From an uncultured virus (IMG/VR IMGVR_UViG_3300047546_000864) (taxonomy: Duplodnaviria > Heunggongvirae > Uroviricota > Caudoviricetes > Kyanoviridae), in the IMG/VR virus record IMGVR_UViG_3300047546_000864, positions 1 to 64,000 of that record: a stretch of 64,000 bases of DNA; one strand, 5' to 3'. This document shows, one piece after another, positions 1 through 10,200 of the stretch; within the stretch, counting starts at the first letter, position 1; every line of letters begins with the position of its first letter. The translations under genes were made by a program, and so were the position numbers. The notes under the pieces were generated by a model. The model was not told the origin of the DNA. It worked only from the letters and a program-made list of their open reading frames with translations, and ran no database searches.

Positions 1-1080
1 GTATCTGGTATTGCTACTTATGCTAATACATCAGGTGTTTCTACTTTCTCAGGATACGCTAACGTATCTGGTATTGCTACTTATGCTAATACATCAGGTG
101 TTTCTACTTTCTCTGGATACGCTAACGTATCTGGATTCTCTACCTTCTCTGGGTACGCTAATGTATCTGGATTCTCTACGTTCTCTGGGTATTCTAATGT
201 AGCAGGTGTAGCAACTTATTCTAATGTATCTGGATTCTCTACGTTCTCTGGATACGCTAATACATCAGGTGTTTCTACTTTCTCTGGATACGCTAACGTA
301 TCTGGATTCTCTACCTTCTCTGGGTACGCTAATGTATCTGGATTCTCTACGTTCTCTGGGTATTCTAATGTAGCAGGTGTAGCAACTTATTCTAATGTAT
401 CTGGATTCTCTACGTTCTCTGGATACGCTAACGTATCTGGATTCTCTACCTTCTCTGGGTACGCTAATGTATCTGGTATTGCTACTTATGCTAATACATC
501 AGGTGTTTCTACTTTCTCAGGATACGCTAACGTATCTGGTATTGCTACTTATGCTAATACATCAGGTGTTTCTACTTTCTCTGGATACGCTAACGTATCT
601 GGATTCTCTACCTTCTCTGGGTACGCTAATACATCAGGTGTTTCTACTTATGCAGTAACGGCTGGAGTATCAACCTACTCTGGTGTTTCTGGGTTCTCTA
701 CCTTCTCTGGATACGCTAACGTATCTGGTATTGCTACTTATGCAGTAACGGCTGGAGTATCAACCTACTCTGGTGTTTCTGGGTTCTCTACTTTCTCAGG
801 ATACTCAAATACATCAGGATTCTCTACGTTCTCAGGATACGCTAATACATCAGGTGTTTCTACTTTCTCTGGATACGCTAATACATCAGGATTCTCTACC
901 TTCTCTGGATACTCAAATACATCAGGTGTTTCTACTTATGCAGTAACGGCTGGAGTATCAACCTACTCTGGTGTTTCTGGGTTCTCTACGTTCTCAGGAT
1001 ACTCAAATACATCAGGATTCTCTACGTTCTCAGGATATTCTAATGTAGCAGGCATAGCAACTTTCGCTACTAGTGCTGGT
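1..1080 (+). repeat. Coding tandem repeat array of mixed 27-nt (9-aa) and 36-nt (12-aa) units
   Basis: Units such as ANVSGFSTFSGY, ANTSGVSTFSGY, ANVSGIATY and SNVAGVATY recur near-identically at DNA level. Confidence 0.95.
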
Positions 1081-1974
1081 ATATCAACAAACCTCAAAGG
1101 TGGATCTGGTGGAACAATTGTTTACCAATCTGCTGCTGACACAACGGCATTCTTAGCAAACGGTTCTTCTGGACAAATATTACAGTCTAATGGAGGAACT
1201 AGTGCTCCTTCTTGGGTTAATGCGGCACCATCCAATGCTATTACTGGTTTAACAGTTAGAGATGAAGGTACAATCATTGGTGCTGCTAATAGTATATCTC
1301 AGTTAAACTTCGTTGGTTCTAATGTAATTGCTACTGCTACTGCTGCTACAGGTATTGCAACAATCACAATCTCAGATAACATTGTTGGTACTGGACTTTC
1401 AATTTCTGGTATTTCAACGATTGGAAACTTCCGCATCACACCAGTTGGAACAGGTGCAACAGTAGGTGGTATTGGTGTTACTTATTTTGGAGATGGTTCA
1501 AGCTTAACTGGTATTAGTGCTGGTCTAACGGTTACTGATGATACTTCAACAAACGCAACACGTTATGTTTTATTTGATGATGCTACAAGTGGGACAGTTA
1601 CATCTATTAATGTATCATCTACAAAACTCACATTCAACCCATCAACAGGAAACTTAGTTGCTGGTGGTACAGTCACAGCAAACTCCGATAAAAAACTGAA
1701 GACAGATGTTCAAACAATTGAAAATGCTCTTGAAAAAGTTCTATCTCTCAGAGGAGTTGAATTTACTCGTATAGATAATGGAGATAAACAAATTGGTGTG
1801 ATTGCACAAGAAGTTGAAGAGATTATTCCTGAGGTTGTATATCCAAAACAACCAGCACCAAATAATGAAACTAAATCAGTTGCTTATGGAAACATTGTAG
1901 GTCTCTTGATTGAAGCAATCAAAGAACAAAACAAAGAGATACAAGAACTGAAGAGAAGACTGGAGGAGGGTTGA
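1..1974 (+). CDS. Tail fibre protein, 5'-truncated; Ser/Thr/Gly/Ala repeat shaft and C-terminal peptidase S74-type intramolecular chaperone
   Basis: Frame +1 is open from base 1 to TGA at 1972-1974 (absent from the ORF track because it has no start). It translates as VSGIATYANTSGVSTFSGYANVSG... and ends NSDKKLKTDVQTIENALEKVLSLRGVEF...IGVIAQEVEEIIPEVV...VAYGNIVGLLIEAIKEQ, a typical S74 chaperone signature. Confidence 0.85.
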   Translation, partial: VSGIATYANTSGVSTFSGYANVSGIATYANTSGVSTFSGYANVSGFSTFSGYANVSGFSTFSGYSNVAGVATYSNVSGFSTFSGYANTSGVSTFSGYANVSGFSTFSGYANVSGFSTFSGYSNVAGVATYSNVSGFSTFSGYANVSGFSTFSGYANVSGIATYANTSGVSTFSGYANVSGIATYANTSGVSTFSGYANVSGFSTFSGYANTSGVSTYAVTAGVSTYSGVSGFSTFSGYANVSGIATYAVTAGVSTYSGVSGFSTFSGYSNTSGFSTFSGYANTSGVSTFSGYANTSGFSTFSGYSNTSGVSTYAVTAGVSTYSGVSGFSTFSGYSNTSGFSTFSGYSNVAGIATFATSAGISTNLKGGSGGTIVYQSAADTTAFLANGSSGQILQSNGGTSAPSWVNAAPSNAITGLTVRDEGTIIGAANSISQLNFVGSNVIATATAATGIATITISDNIVGTGLSISGISTIGNFRITPVGTGATVGGIGVTYFGDGSSLTGISAGLTVTDDTSTNATRYVLFDDATSGTVTSINVSSTKLTFNPSTGNLVAGGTVTANSDKKLKTDVQTIENALEKVLSLRGVEFTRIDNGDKQIGVIAQEVEEIIPEVVYPKQPAPNNETKSVAYGNIVGLLIEAIKEQNKEIQELKRRLEEG

Positions 1975-1975
1975 T

Positions 1976-4900
1976 ATGCCTGTTGTTGTAGGTCTAAGTT
2001 CAATCACTGGAGTTTCCACAGCAACAAGTGGTACTGATGCTGCTTACAAAGAGTATGTTGATAATAGATTAGGAGCAGCACTTCCAACCATTTACGGTAA
2101 TGAGAATGAGTTTCTCTTTACGGATGGAAGCACAGTATCGTGGGAACCAATACAGGCAAGTCAAGAATATACTGCAGCAGGGTCTTATACTTTTAACTTT
2201 CCAACACAAGCAAAGAAATTTACGATTGAAGCAACGGGTGCTGGTGGTGGTGGAGAAAGTGGAAATGCAATGTTGTCTGCATATGTTCCTGGTTCTTTGT
2301 GGTCACTAAGAACTGCGGGAACAACTACACAACTGAATGCGCTTGGATTTAGAAATAATTCATTCCTTTTAGGTGGAACTGGAGCAGGAATTTTTTATTG
2401 GACTTTAAGGACTTCTGGTACTACTTCTCCCCTTAATGGTCTTACTTATGAAAATAATACTTATTTTGTTGTTGGTAATGGTGGAAACTTAAGAACTTCA
2501 ACGGATGCAATCGTTTGGATAGCAAGGACTTCAGGTAATACTAATGTTAATTGGGTAATTTCTTATGCAAATAATCTTTACATAATTGCAGGTCTTTTTG
2601 CTGGCGGTGTAAATGAATTTTTAACTACATCAACAGATGCAATCACTTGGAGTACAAGAACTACTGGGTTTGGTACTGGTCAAATTAATGCACTTACTTT
2701 TGCAAACAACACTTATGTTGCTGGTGGTCAAACTGGAAAATTAATAACCTCAACAGACGCAATCATCTGGACTTTAAGAACCTCTGGATTTGGTAGCAAT
2801 GCTGTTAATTCTTTTGGTTATGGTGGTGGTCTTTATGTTGCTGGTGGTGCTGCTGGAGTATTAAACACTTCAACAGACGCAATCATCTGGACTTTAAGAA
2901 CTTCTGGTTCTGCGAGTCAAATTAATACTCTTATTTTTGCAAATAGTTTATATTTGTATTGTGGTGGTGCTGCTGGAAGAGTAAGCACCTCAACAGATGC
3001 AATCACTTGGGTACTGAGAACTACTAGTGGTACTACTATTTTTAATGCTCTCACCTACGCAAACAATCTTTATGTTGCTGGTGGTGGGAGTGGAATATTA
3101 ACTACCTCAACAGACACAATCACTTGGACCTTAAGAACTTCTCTTTCTAATGCTCAAGTGAATGCACTTACCTTTGGAAATGATATTTATCTTGCTGGTG
3201 GTGCTTCTGGAGTATTACACACCTCAAATTATTCTACATTAACGAATGATGAAGGATTCGGTGCATATTTCTCCACTTCTACAGACACCATATATTGGAT
3301 ACTTCGCACAACTACTCTAAGTCAAACAATTAATAGTATAGGAACCAGTAACGATTATATTGTTGCGGGAGGTAGTGATATACTTGGTAATGGTGGTAGA
3401 ATTTCAGTAACTACAGATGGAATCAATTGGTTATTGAGAACTACAGGGTTTGGTAATGCAACGATTAACAGTGTTGTTTATGGTAATGTTTATGTTGCTG
3501 GGGGTAATTTAGGAACTCCTACGGTTCAGTGGACTGCAAGAACTTCTGGTTTAGGTCTTGGTGGTATTAATACTATTAGTTATGCCTCAGACCAAACAAA
3601 TTCTTATCTTATTACTAGTAGTAATAATACGATAGCAACCTCAACAGACGCAATCACTTGGACTTTAAGAACTTTTGCATTTAATGGTTCGGCTATTCTA
3701 CTTGCAAGTTCTTACGGAAACAATACTTATCTTGCTGGTGGTAGTTTTGGAGTACTAAACACTTCAACAGATGCAATCACTTGGATTTTAAGAACTTCTG
3801 GTATAACACAAACTCTTAATGCTCTTACTTTTGTAAACAATACTTATGTTGCTGGTGCTAATATTGGAACATTAAGTACCTCAACAGATGCAATTACTTG
3901 GACTTTAAGAACCTCTGGATTTGGTAGCAATGCTGTTAATTCTTTTGGTTATGGTGGTGGTCTTTATGTTGCTGGTGGTGCTGCTGGAGTATTAAACACT
4001 TCAACAGACGCAATCATCTGGACTTTAAGAACTTCTAATAATAACAATGCTACTGTTTTTGTAATTACTTATGCAAATAATACTTATGTTGCTGGTCATG
4101 GTGGTGGGAGAATAACTGCATCAACAGATGCAATTGTTTGGACCATAAGAACTTCTGGGTTTGGTACTACTCAAATTAATGCTCTTACATTTGCAAATAA
4201 TCTCTATGTTGTAGGGGGTAATTCTGGAGTAATAAGTATTTCAACAGACACAATTATTTGGACTGCAAGAACTTCAAACACTATACAAAATCTTACTGCT
4301 CTTACTTTTGGAAACAATCTTTATGTTGCTGGTGGTGCTAATGGAGTATTAAACACTGCTACTTATTCAAGTCTTACAGACCTAGTACAAAACGGTGTTC
4401 TTCAAACATCCACAGACACAATTACTTGGTCTTTTAGAACTACAACAGATACATCAAATTCAATTAATGGTTTAGTATATACTGCAACACCTTCAAGTAA
4501 TTATGTTGCGGTTCGTAATAGTGGAGCAATTAATACTTCTACTGATGCAATTATTTGGACTGCAAGTGGTGCAATAGTATCAAATACCACACAAAACCTA
4601 AATGCAGTTGTTTATGGAAACAATCTTTATGTTGCTGCTGGTGGTTCTGGTGCAATTGTAACTTCTACGGATTCTAATACTTGGACTCTAAGAACTTCAG
4701 GTACAACATCAATTCTTCGTGGTCTTTCTTTCAGTGGTTCCACTTATGTAGCAAATGGAGACTCTGGACGTATTTTATCCTCAACAGATGCAATTACTTG
4801 GATTGCAAGAACTTCTGGTACTACCGCAAACTTAATTGGTGATGTTGGTGTCGGTAATACCTTTATAACTGCTGGTGCTTCTGGTGCTCTTTCTGCTTCT

Positions 4901-7276
4901 CCAGTTCGTCTTGGTTCTGGTGGTCCTGGTGGTGGGGGTGGAGCATCAGTGACTTGGGAACTTGATAGAACTCAAATCACAGGGTCTTCATTTAATGTAA
5001 GTGTTGGTGCTGGTGGAACTGGTGGTGGGCAAAACATATCTAATAGTTGGACTTTAAGAACTTCTGGTACTACATCAATTTATCTATCAGCAATTTATGC
5101 AAGTAATCTTTATGTTGTTGGTGGTCTTAGTGGAAGATTAATTACGTCAACAGACACAATCACTTGGACCTTAAGAACTGCTGGTTCTGGTGCTATTGCT
5201 TCTGTTCGTACTCTCCTCTATACATCATTCTATATTCTTGGTGGTAGTTTTCCTAGTCCATTAAACACTTCAACAGACGCAATCACTTGGATCTTAAGAA
5301 CTTCTGGGTTTGGTACTACTCAAATTAATGTTCTTACTTTCGCAAACAATACTTATGTTGTTGGTGGTGATAATGGAAAAATTAATACTTCAACAGACGC
5401 AATCACTTGGACTTTAAGAACTGCTGGTATTGGTTTAGATACAATTTATTCTATTACTTTTGGAAATAATACTTATGTTGCTGGATGTCTTAATGGAATA
5501 ATAATCACTTCAACAAATGCAATTGAATGGACTTTAAGAACTTCTTCATTAGTAACTAATCAAGTTAAAAGTGTTTTTTATGCAAATAATCTATATCTTG
5601 CAGGTTCAGTTCCTTCTGGTGGAGGAACTGCTAGTTTAGTAACATCAACAGATGCAATTGTTTGGACTTTAAGAACCTCTGGATTTGGTACTAATGGAAT
5701 TTATAGTAATTTCATTTACCAAAACGGTAATTACTTTGTTGCTGGTAGTGGAGGAGTATTAAACACTTCAACAAATGCAATTGTTTGGACTTTAAGAACT
5801 TCTGGATTTGGTACTAATTTCATTTATGCTCTTACTTTTGGAAACAATACTTATCTTGCTGGAGGAGAATCAGGAACTCTCACAGCACTAGACCTATCAG
5901 CACAAGCAGGTTCAAACACTACAGTATCCTGGACTGGACCTGCTGGAACTTATACAGTCACTGCGAATGGTGGTTCTGGTGCTACTGCTTATGGTGCTGG
6001 TGCTGGTGGTACAGTTCCAAATAGAAACTTTAATTACTTAAGAGCAAGTGCAGGTGCTGCTGGTGCATCTTCTCTTTATCCAGGTACAACACCAACGGCA
6101 GCAGCAACATCAACACTTTCATATCAAACAACTGGTGGTGGTTCTGGTTCTCATTCAATTGTTTATAATGTAAATGCTGGTGTTCTTGGTGGTGGTGCAG
6201 GAACGATTAATTATTATGCAAACACAGCAGCAAATACATCAATTGAAGTGAATGGAAGTTTAGGACCTAATGTTACTGGACTTTCTTATGGTGGTGGTGG
6301 AAGTGGTGGAGGTGCTGCAAGTGATAATGCACTTTTATGGACTACAAGAACTTCTAATACTGGTGGTAATAATCTTTATGCTCTCACTTTTGGAAATAAT
6401 ACTTATGTTGCTGGTGGTGTTTCTGGAACATTAAATACTTCAACAGACGCAATCACTTGGACTTTAAGAACTTCTAGTGCTACTACTCAACTTAATGTTC
6501 TTATTTACACAACTTTTTATGTTGCTGGTGGTTCTTCTGGAGTATTAAACACTTCAACAGACGCAATCACTTGGACTTTAAGAACTTCTGGATTACCTTT
6601 GGGTATTAATGCTCTTACTTTTGGAAATAATACTTATGTTGCTGGTGGTGTTTCTGGAACATTAAATACTTCAACAGACGCAATCACTTGGACTTTAAGA
6701 ACTTCTAGTGCTACTACTCAACTTAATGTTCTTATTTACACAACTTTTTATGTTGCTGGTGGTTCTTCTGGAGTATTAAACACTTCAACAGACGCAATCA
6801 CTTGGACTTTAAGAACTTCTGGGTTTGCTACTAATAATATTAATGCATTTACTTTTGGAAATAATATTTATGTTTCTGCTGGTGCTTCTGGAGTATTAAC
6901 TACTTCAACAGACGCAATCACTTGGACTTTAAGAACTTCTAGTGAGAGTTCTGGTATTAATGCCCTTATCTATCAAAATAATTTATATCTTTATGGTGGA
7001 ACATTTAGATTACATGCATCTACAGACGCAATTGTTTGGACTGCAAGAACTGTAGGGTCTAATCCTACTCCGTATGCTTTCACATACGGAAATAATACTT
7101 ATGTTGCTGCTGGTCTAACTGGAGCATTATATACTTCACCAACAATTACCGCAGGAGCAGGAGGTGCTGGTTCTAAAGGTGGTGGAGGTGGTGGAGGTGG
7201 ATATGAAGAAACCACAAACACCGCAGGTACTGGAGGAACTGGTGGTGATGGATATGTTCGTATCAGTTGGTACTAA
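1976..7276 (+). CDS. Large virion adhesin/fibre-associated protein: glycine-rich scaffold with five 7-repeat Asp-box (BNR-like) beta-propeller modules
   Basis: 35 repeats of about 40 aa (YVAGG..G.L.TSTDAITWTLRTS). Scaffold motifs QEYT..G.YTF..IEATGAGGGG and C-terminal GGDGYVRISWY. Confidence 0.75.
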   Translation: MPVVVGLSSITGVSTATSGTDAAYKEYVDNRLGAALPTIYGNENEFLFTDGSTVSWEPIQASQEYTAAGSYTFNFPTQAKKFTIEATGAGGGGESGNAMLSAYVPGSLWSLRTAGTTTQLNALGFRNNSFLLGGTGAGIFYWTLRTSGTTSPLNGLTYENNTYFVVGNGGNLRTSTDAIVWIARTSGNTNVNWVISYANNLYIIAGLFAGGVNEFLTTSTDAITWSTRTTGFGTGQINALTFANNTYVAGGQTGKLITSTDAIIWTLRTSGFGSNAVNSFGYGGGLYVAGGAAGVLNTSTDAIIWTLRTSGSASQINTLIFANSLYLYCGGAAGRVSTSTDAITWVLRTTSGTTIFNALTYANNLYVAGGGSGILTTSTDTITWTLRTSLSNAQVNALTFGNDIYLAGGASGVLHTSNYSTLTNDEGFGAYFSTSTDTIYWILRTTTLSQTINSIGTSNDYIVAGGSDILGNGGRISVTTDGINWLLRTTGFGNATINSVVYGNVYVAGGNLGTPTVQWTARTSGLGLGGINTISYASDQTNSYLITSSNNTIATSTDAITWTLRTFAFNGSAILLASSYGNNTYLAGGSFGVLNTSTDAITWILRTSGITQTLNALTFVNNTYVAGANIGTLSTSTDAITWTLRTSGFGSNAVNSFGYGGGLYVAGGAAGVLNTSTDAIIWTLRTSNNNNATVFVITYANNTYVAGHGGGRITASTDAIVWTIRTSGFGTTQINALTFANNLYVVGGNSGVISISTDTIIWTARTSNTIQNLTALTFGNNLYVAGGANGVLNTATYSSLTDLVQNGVLQTSTDTITWSFRTTTDTSNSINGLVYTATPSSNYVAVRNSGAINTSTDAIIWTASGAIVSNTTQNLNAVVYGNNLYVAAGGSGAIVTSTDSNTWTLRTSGTTSILRGLSFSGSTYVANGDSGRILSSTDAITWIARTSGTTANLIGDVGVGNTFITAGASGALSASPVRLGSGGPGGGGGASVTWELDRTQITGSSFNVSVGAGGTGGGQNISNSWTLRTSGTTSIYLSAIYASNLYVVGGLSGRLITSTDTITWTLRTAGSGAIASVRTLLYTSFYILGGSFPSPLNTSTDAITWILRTSGFGTTQINVLTFANNTYVVGGDNGKINTSTDAITWTLRTAGIGLDTIYSITFGNNTYVAGCLNGIIITSTNAIEWTLRTSSLVTNQVKSVFYANNLYLAGSVPSGGGTASLVTSTDAIVWTLRTSGFGTNGIYSNFIYQNGNYFVAGSGGVLNTSTNAIVWTLRTSGFGTNFIYALTFGNNTYLAGGESGTLTALDLSAQAGSNTTVSWTGPAGTYTVTANGGSGATAYGAGAGGTVPNRNFNYLRASAGAAGASSLYPGTTPTAAATSTLSYQTTGGGSGSHSIVYNVNAGVLGGGAGTINYYANTAANTSIEVNGSLGPNVTGLSYGGGGSGGGAASDNALLWTTRTSNTGGNNLYALTFGNNTYVAGGVSGTLNTSTDAITWTLRTSSATTQLNVLIYTTFYVAGGSSGVLNTSTDAITWTLRTSGLPLGINALTFGNNTYVAGGVSGTLNTSTDAITWTLRTSSATTQLNVLIYTTFYVAGGSSGVLNTSTDAITWTLRTSGFATNNINAFTFGNNIYVSAGASGVLTTSTDAITWTLRTSSESSGINALIYQNNLYLYGGTFRLHASTDAIVWTARTVGSNPTPYAFTYGNNTYVAAGLTGALYTSPTITAGAGGAGSKGGGGGGGGYEETTNTAGTGGTGGDGYVRISWY

Positions 7277-10200
7277 AGGAGGATAACTAAATGACTACCG
7301 CAGGTTCTAATTTTATTTCTGGTATTACTACAACAGTCTTTGCTTCAACTGATGTAGTCAATAAGGATTATGTAGATGCTAATGCACAACCCTTACCATC
7401 ACAAACTGGTAATGCTGGTAAGTTTTTACTTACAACTGATGGAACAAGTCTTTCTTGGGATTATGTTTCTAACTATCAGGAATTTACATCAACTGGAGCA
7501 CAGACTTTTACAGTTCCAAGTTATACAAACCTTTTGTTTATTGAAGCAGTTGGTGCTGGCGGTGGAGGAAGTGCGGGGCAGACAACAGCACAGGCAGGAG
7601 TTACTTGGACAATTAGAACTGCTATAAACATATCTAGTTCTGGTGGTGGTAATGTTACTTTTGGAAATTCTCTGTTTATTTCTGGAGTAAATTCTAACAC
7701 AATAGTCGTATCAACAGATGCAATTTCTTGGATTTTGAGAACTGCTGTATTCAATACTAGTCCATCTTCTGCAGAGTATCTTAATGGTAATTATTTTGTT
7801 GGTGGAAATGTATTTTTAACTACATCGACAGATACAATCACTTGGATATTGAGAACTACTGCAGGTATGGTAACTGGAATTACCTTTGGAAATAGTATTT
7901 ACCTCGCCACTGGTACTGGTCTACCTTTAGAATCATCAACCGATACCATAAATTGGACTCTGAGAACTGGTGGAGGTATTGGAGGTTCGTCTTCTGTTGG
8001 TTTTGGAAATGGTATTTTTCTTGCTGGTGGTTTTTCTGGTATCTTAAACACTTCAACAGACGCAATCACTTGGACCTTAAGAACTTCTGGGTTTAATACT
8101 ACTATTAATGTTTTTACTTATACAACTTTTTATGTTGCTGGTGGTAATAGTGGAGTCTTAAATACCTCAACAGACGCAATCACTTGGACTCTGAGAACTT
8201 CTGGTTTTGGTGCTAATAATATTCGTACTCTTACCTTTGGAAACAACATTTATGTTGCTGGTGGTGATTCGGGAAGACTCAATACTTCAACAGACGCAAT
8301 CACTTGGACCTTAAGAACTTTTGTTAGTACGACATTATTAATAAGTTCTACTTATGGAAACAATACATTCCTTTTTTCAGGTTCAGGTGGTCCAACTTCA
8401 TTACACACCTCATACTCCCAAGCATCAGGAGCAGGAGGAGGTGCAGGTTCTTATACTTCCTGGTATATTCCAAAAGCAATTGTATCATCAAACCTCACAA
8501 TCAATCCTGGTGTTGGTGGAGCAGGAGCAACCACAGACGCAGCAACAGGTTCAGCAGGAGCAGGAACCACAGTATCCTGGACTGGACCTGGAGGAACTTA
8601 TACAATCACAGCATCTGGTGGTTCTGGAACAGCAGCAGGAGCAGCACAACTCACAAGTCAATCAAGTTCTTTTTATACCACTGCAGGACTTTCTGGGGCA
8701 AATCAATCTCCAGGAATAGGTATCACAGCAACAGCACAAACTAATCAATTCCAACCAACAGGTGGTGGAAGTGGTGCTGGTTCTACTTCAAGTGCTGGTG
8801 GTTCTGGTGGAGTAATCAACGTATATGGAATCACAACATCAGCATCTGGTGGAGACTCTACAGGAACAAATGGAACTAATGCTATTGTAATCTCTGGACT
8901 TCCTTATGGTTCTGGTGGAGGTGGTGGAGGTGCAAGTGTTTCTATTGCAGCAACTGGTGGAAATGGTGCTCGTGGTGGTGGTGGAGGTGGTGGTGCTTCT
9001 ATCGGTTCTACTTTTGGTTCTGGTGGAAATGGTGGTGATGGTTACGTGAAGATTACCTGGTGGTAAATAAATACCCTTATGGAAGATAGAAGACAATGGC
9101 AACATTAGACAGCAATAAGGTTACTAGTGTAAGTGTAGTATCTGGTACGACTGATGCTGTAAATCGTCAATATCTTGATGATAATGCTCTTCCAAGTTTA
9201 ACTGGAAATGCTGGAAGATTTTTAGCAGTTTATCCTGGTGCTCAGTATTGGGTGTTGAGGACTTCTGGTTCTGTGTCAGGTTTAGGTGCTAATGTTTACA
9301 CAACTTTTTATGTTGCTGGTGGTGTTTCTGGAAGATTGAATACCTCAACAGACGCAGTTACCTGGACTTCAAGAACTTCTGGATTTGGTCTCTCTAATAT
9401 CAATGCTCTTACTTATTCAACTTTTTATGTTGCTGGTGGTTTTTCTGGTATCTTAAACACTTCAACAGACGCAATCACTTGGACCTTAAGAACTTCTGGT
9501 TTTGCTACTACTATCATTTATGCTCTTACTTTTGCTAATAATCTTTATATTGCTGCTGGTGATAGTGGAGTATTAAACACTTCAACAGATGCTATTACTT
9601 GGACCTTAAGAACTTCTAACTTTGGTGGTTCTCAATATATTCAAAGTGTTACTTTTGCAAATAATACTTATGTTGCTGGTGGTGTTGCTGGAATTATAAA
9701 GACTTCAATAAATGGAATTGTATGGGTCGCAAGAACTTCTGGTTTTGGTGGTGATGCTATTATCGTTCTCAATTTTCTTAATAACGCTTATGTTGCTGGT
9801 GGTGGTTCTGGAAAATTAAGTACCTCAACCGATGCAATCACTTGGACCTTAAGAACTACTGGTACTGGTCAAAATATAAGAAATCTTACTTATGGAAATA
9901 ATACTTACGTTGCTGGTGGTTCTAATGGAACATTAATTACTTCAACAGATACTATTATTTGGTCCATAAGAACTTCTTTAGTTACTAATTCTATTAATGG
10001 AATAGTTTTTGCAAACAATGCTTATACTGCATTTGTTGGTGGTGGTGAAATAATAACTTCCCAAGCAACTCAAAAAATCTGGGAACCCATAAATGCTACA
10101 ACAACCACACCACAAGACCCAGTATCATACAAAGGTTCTCAAGAATTCACAAGTTCTGGAACATTCTTTATTCCTCCAACAGCAACCCAGTTTTACATTG

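Noticed and set aside
11..658. ORF-track proteins 11-202 and 395-658
   Set aside because: Out-of-frame shadows of the repeat. The real frame is +1 (1-1974).
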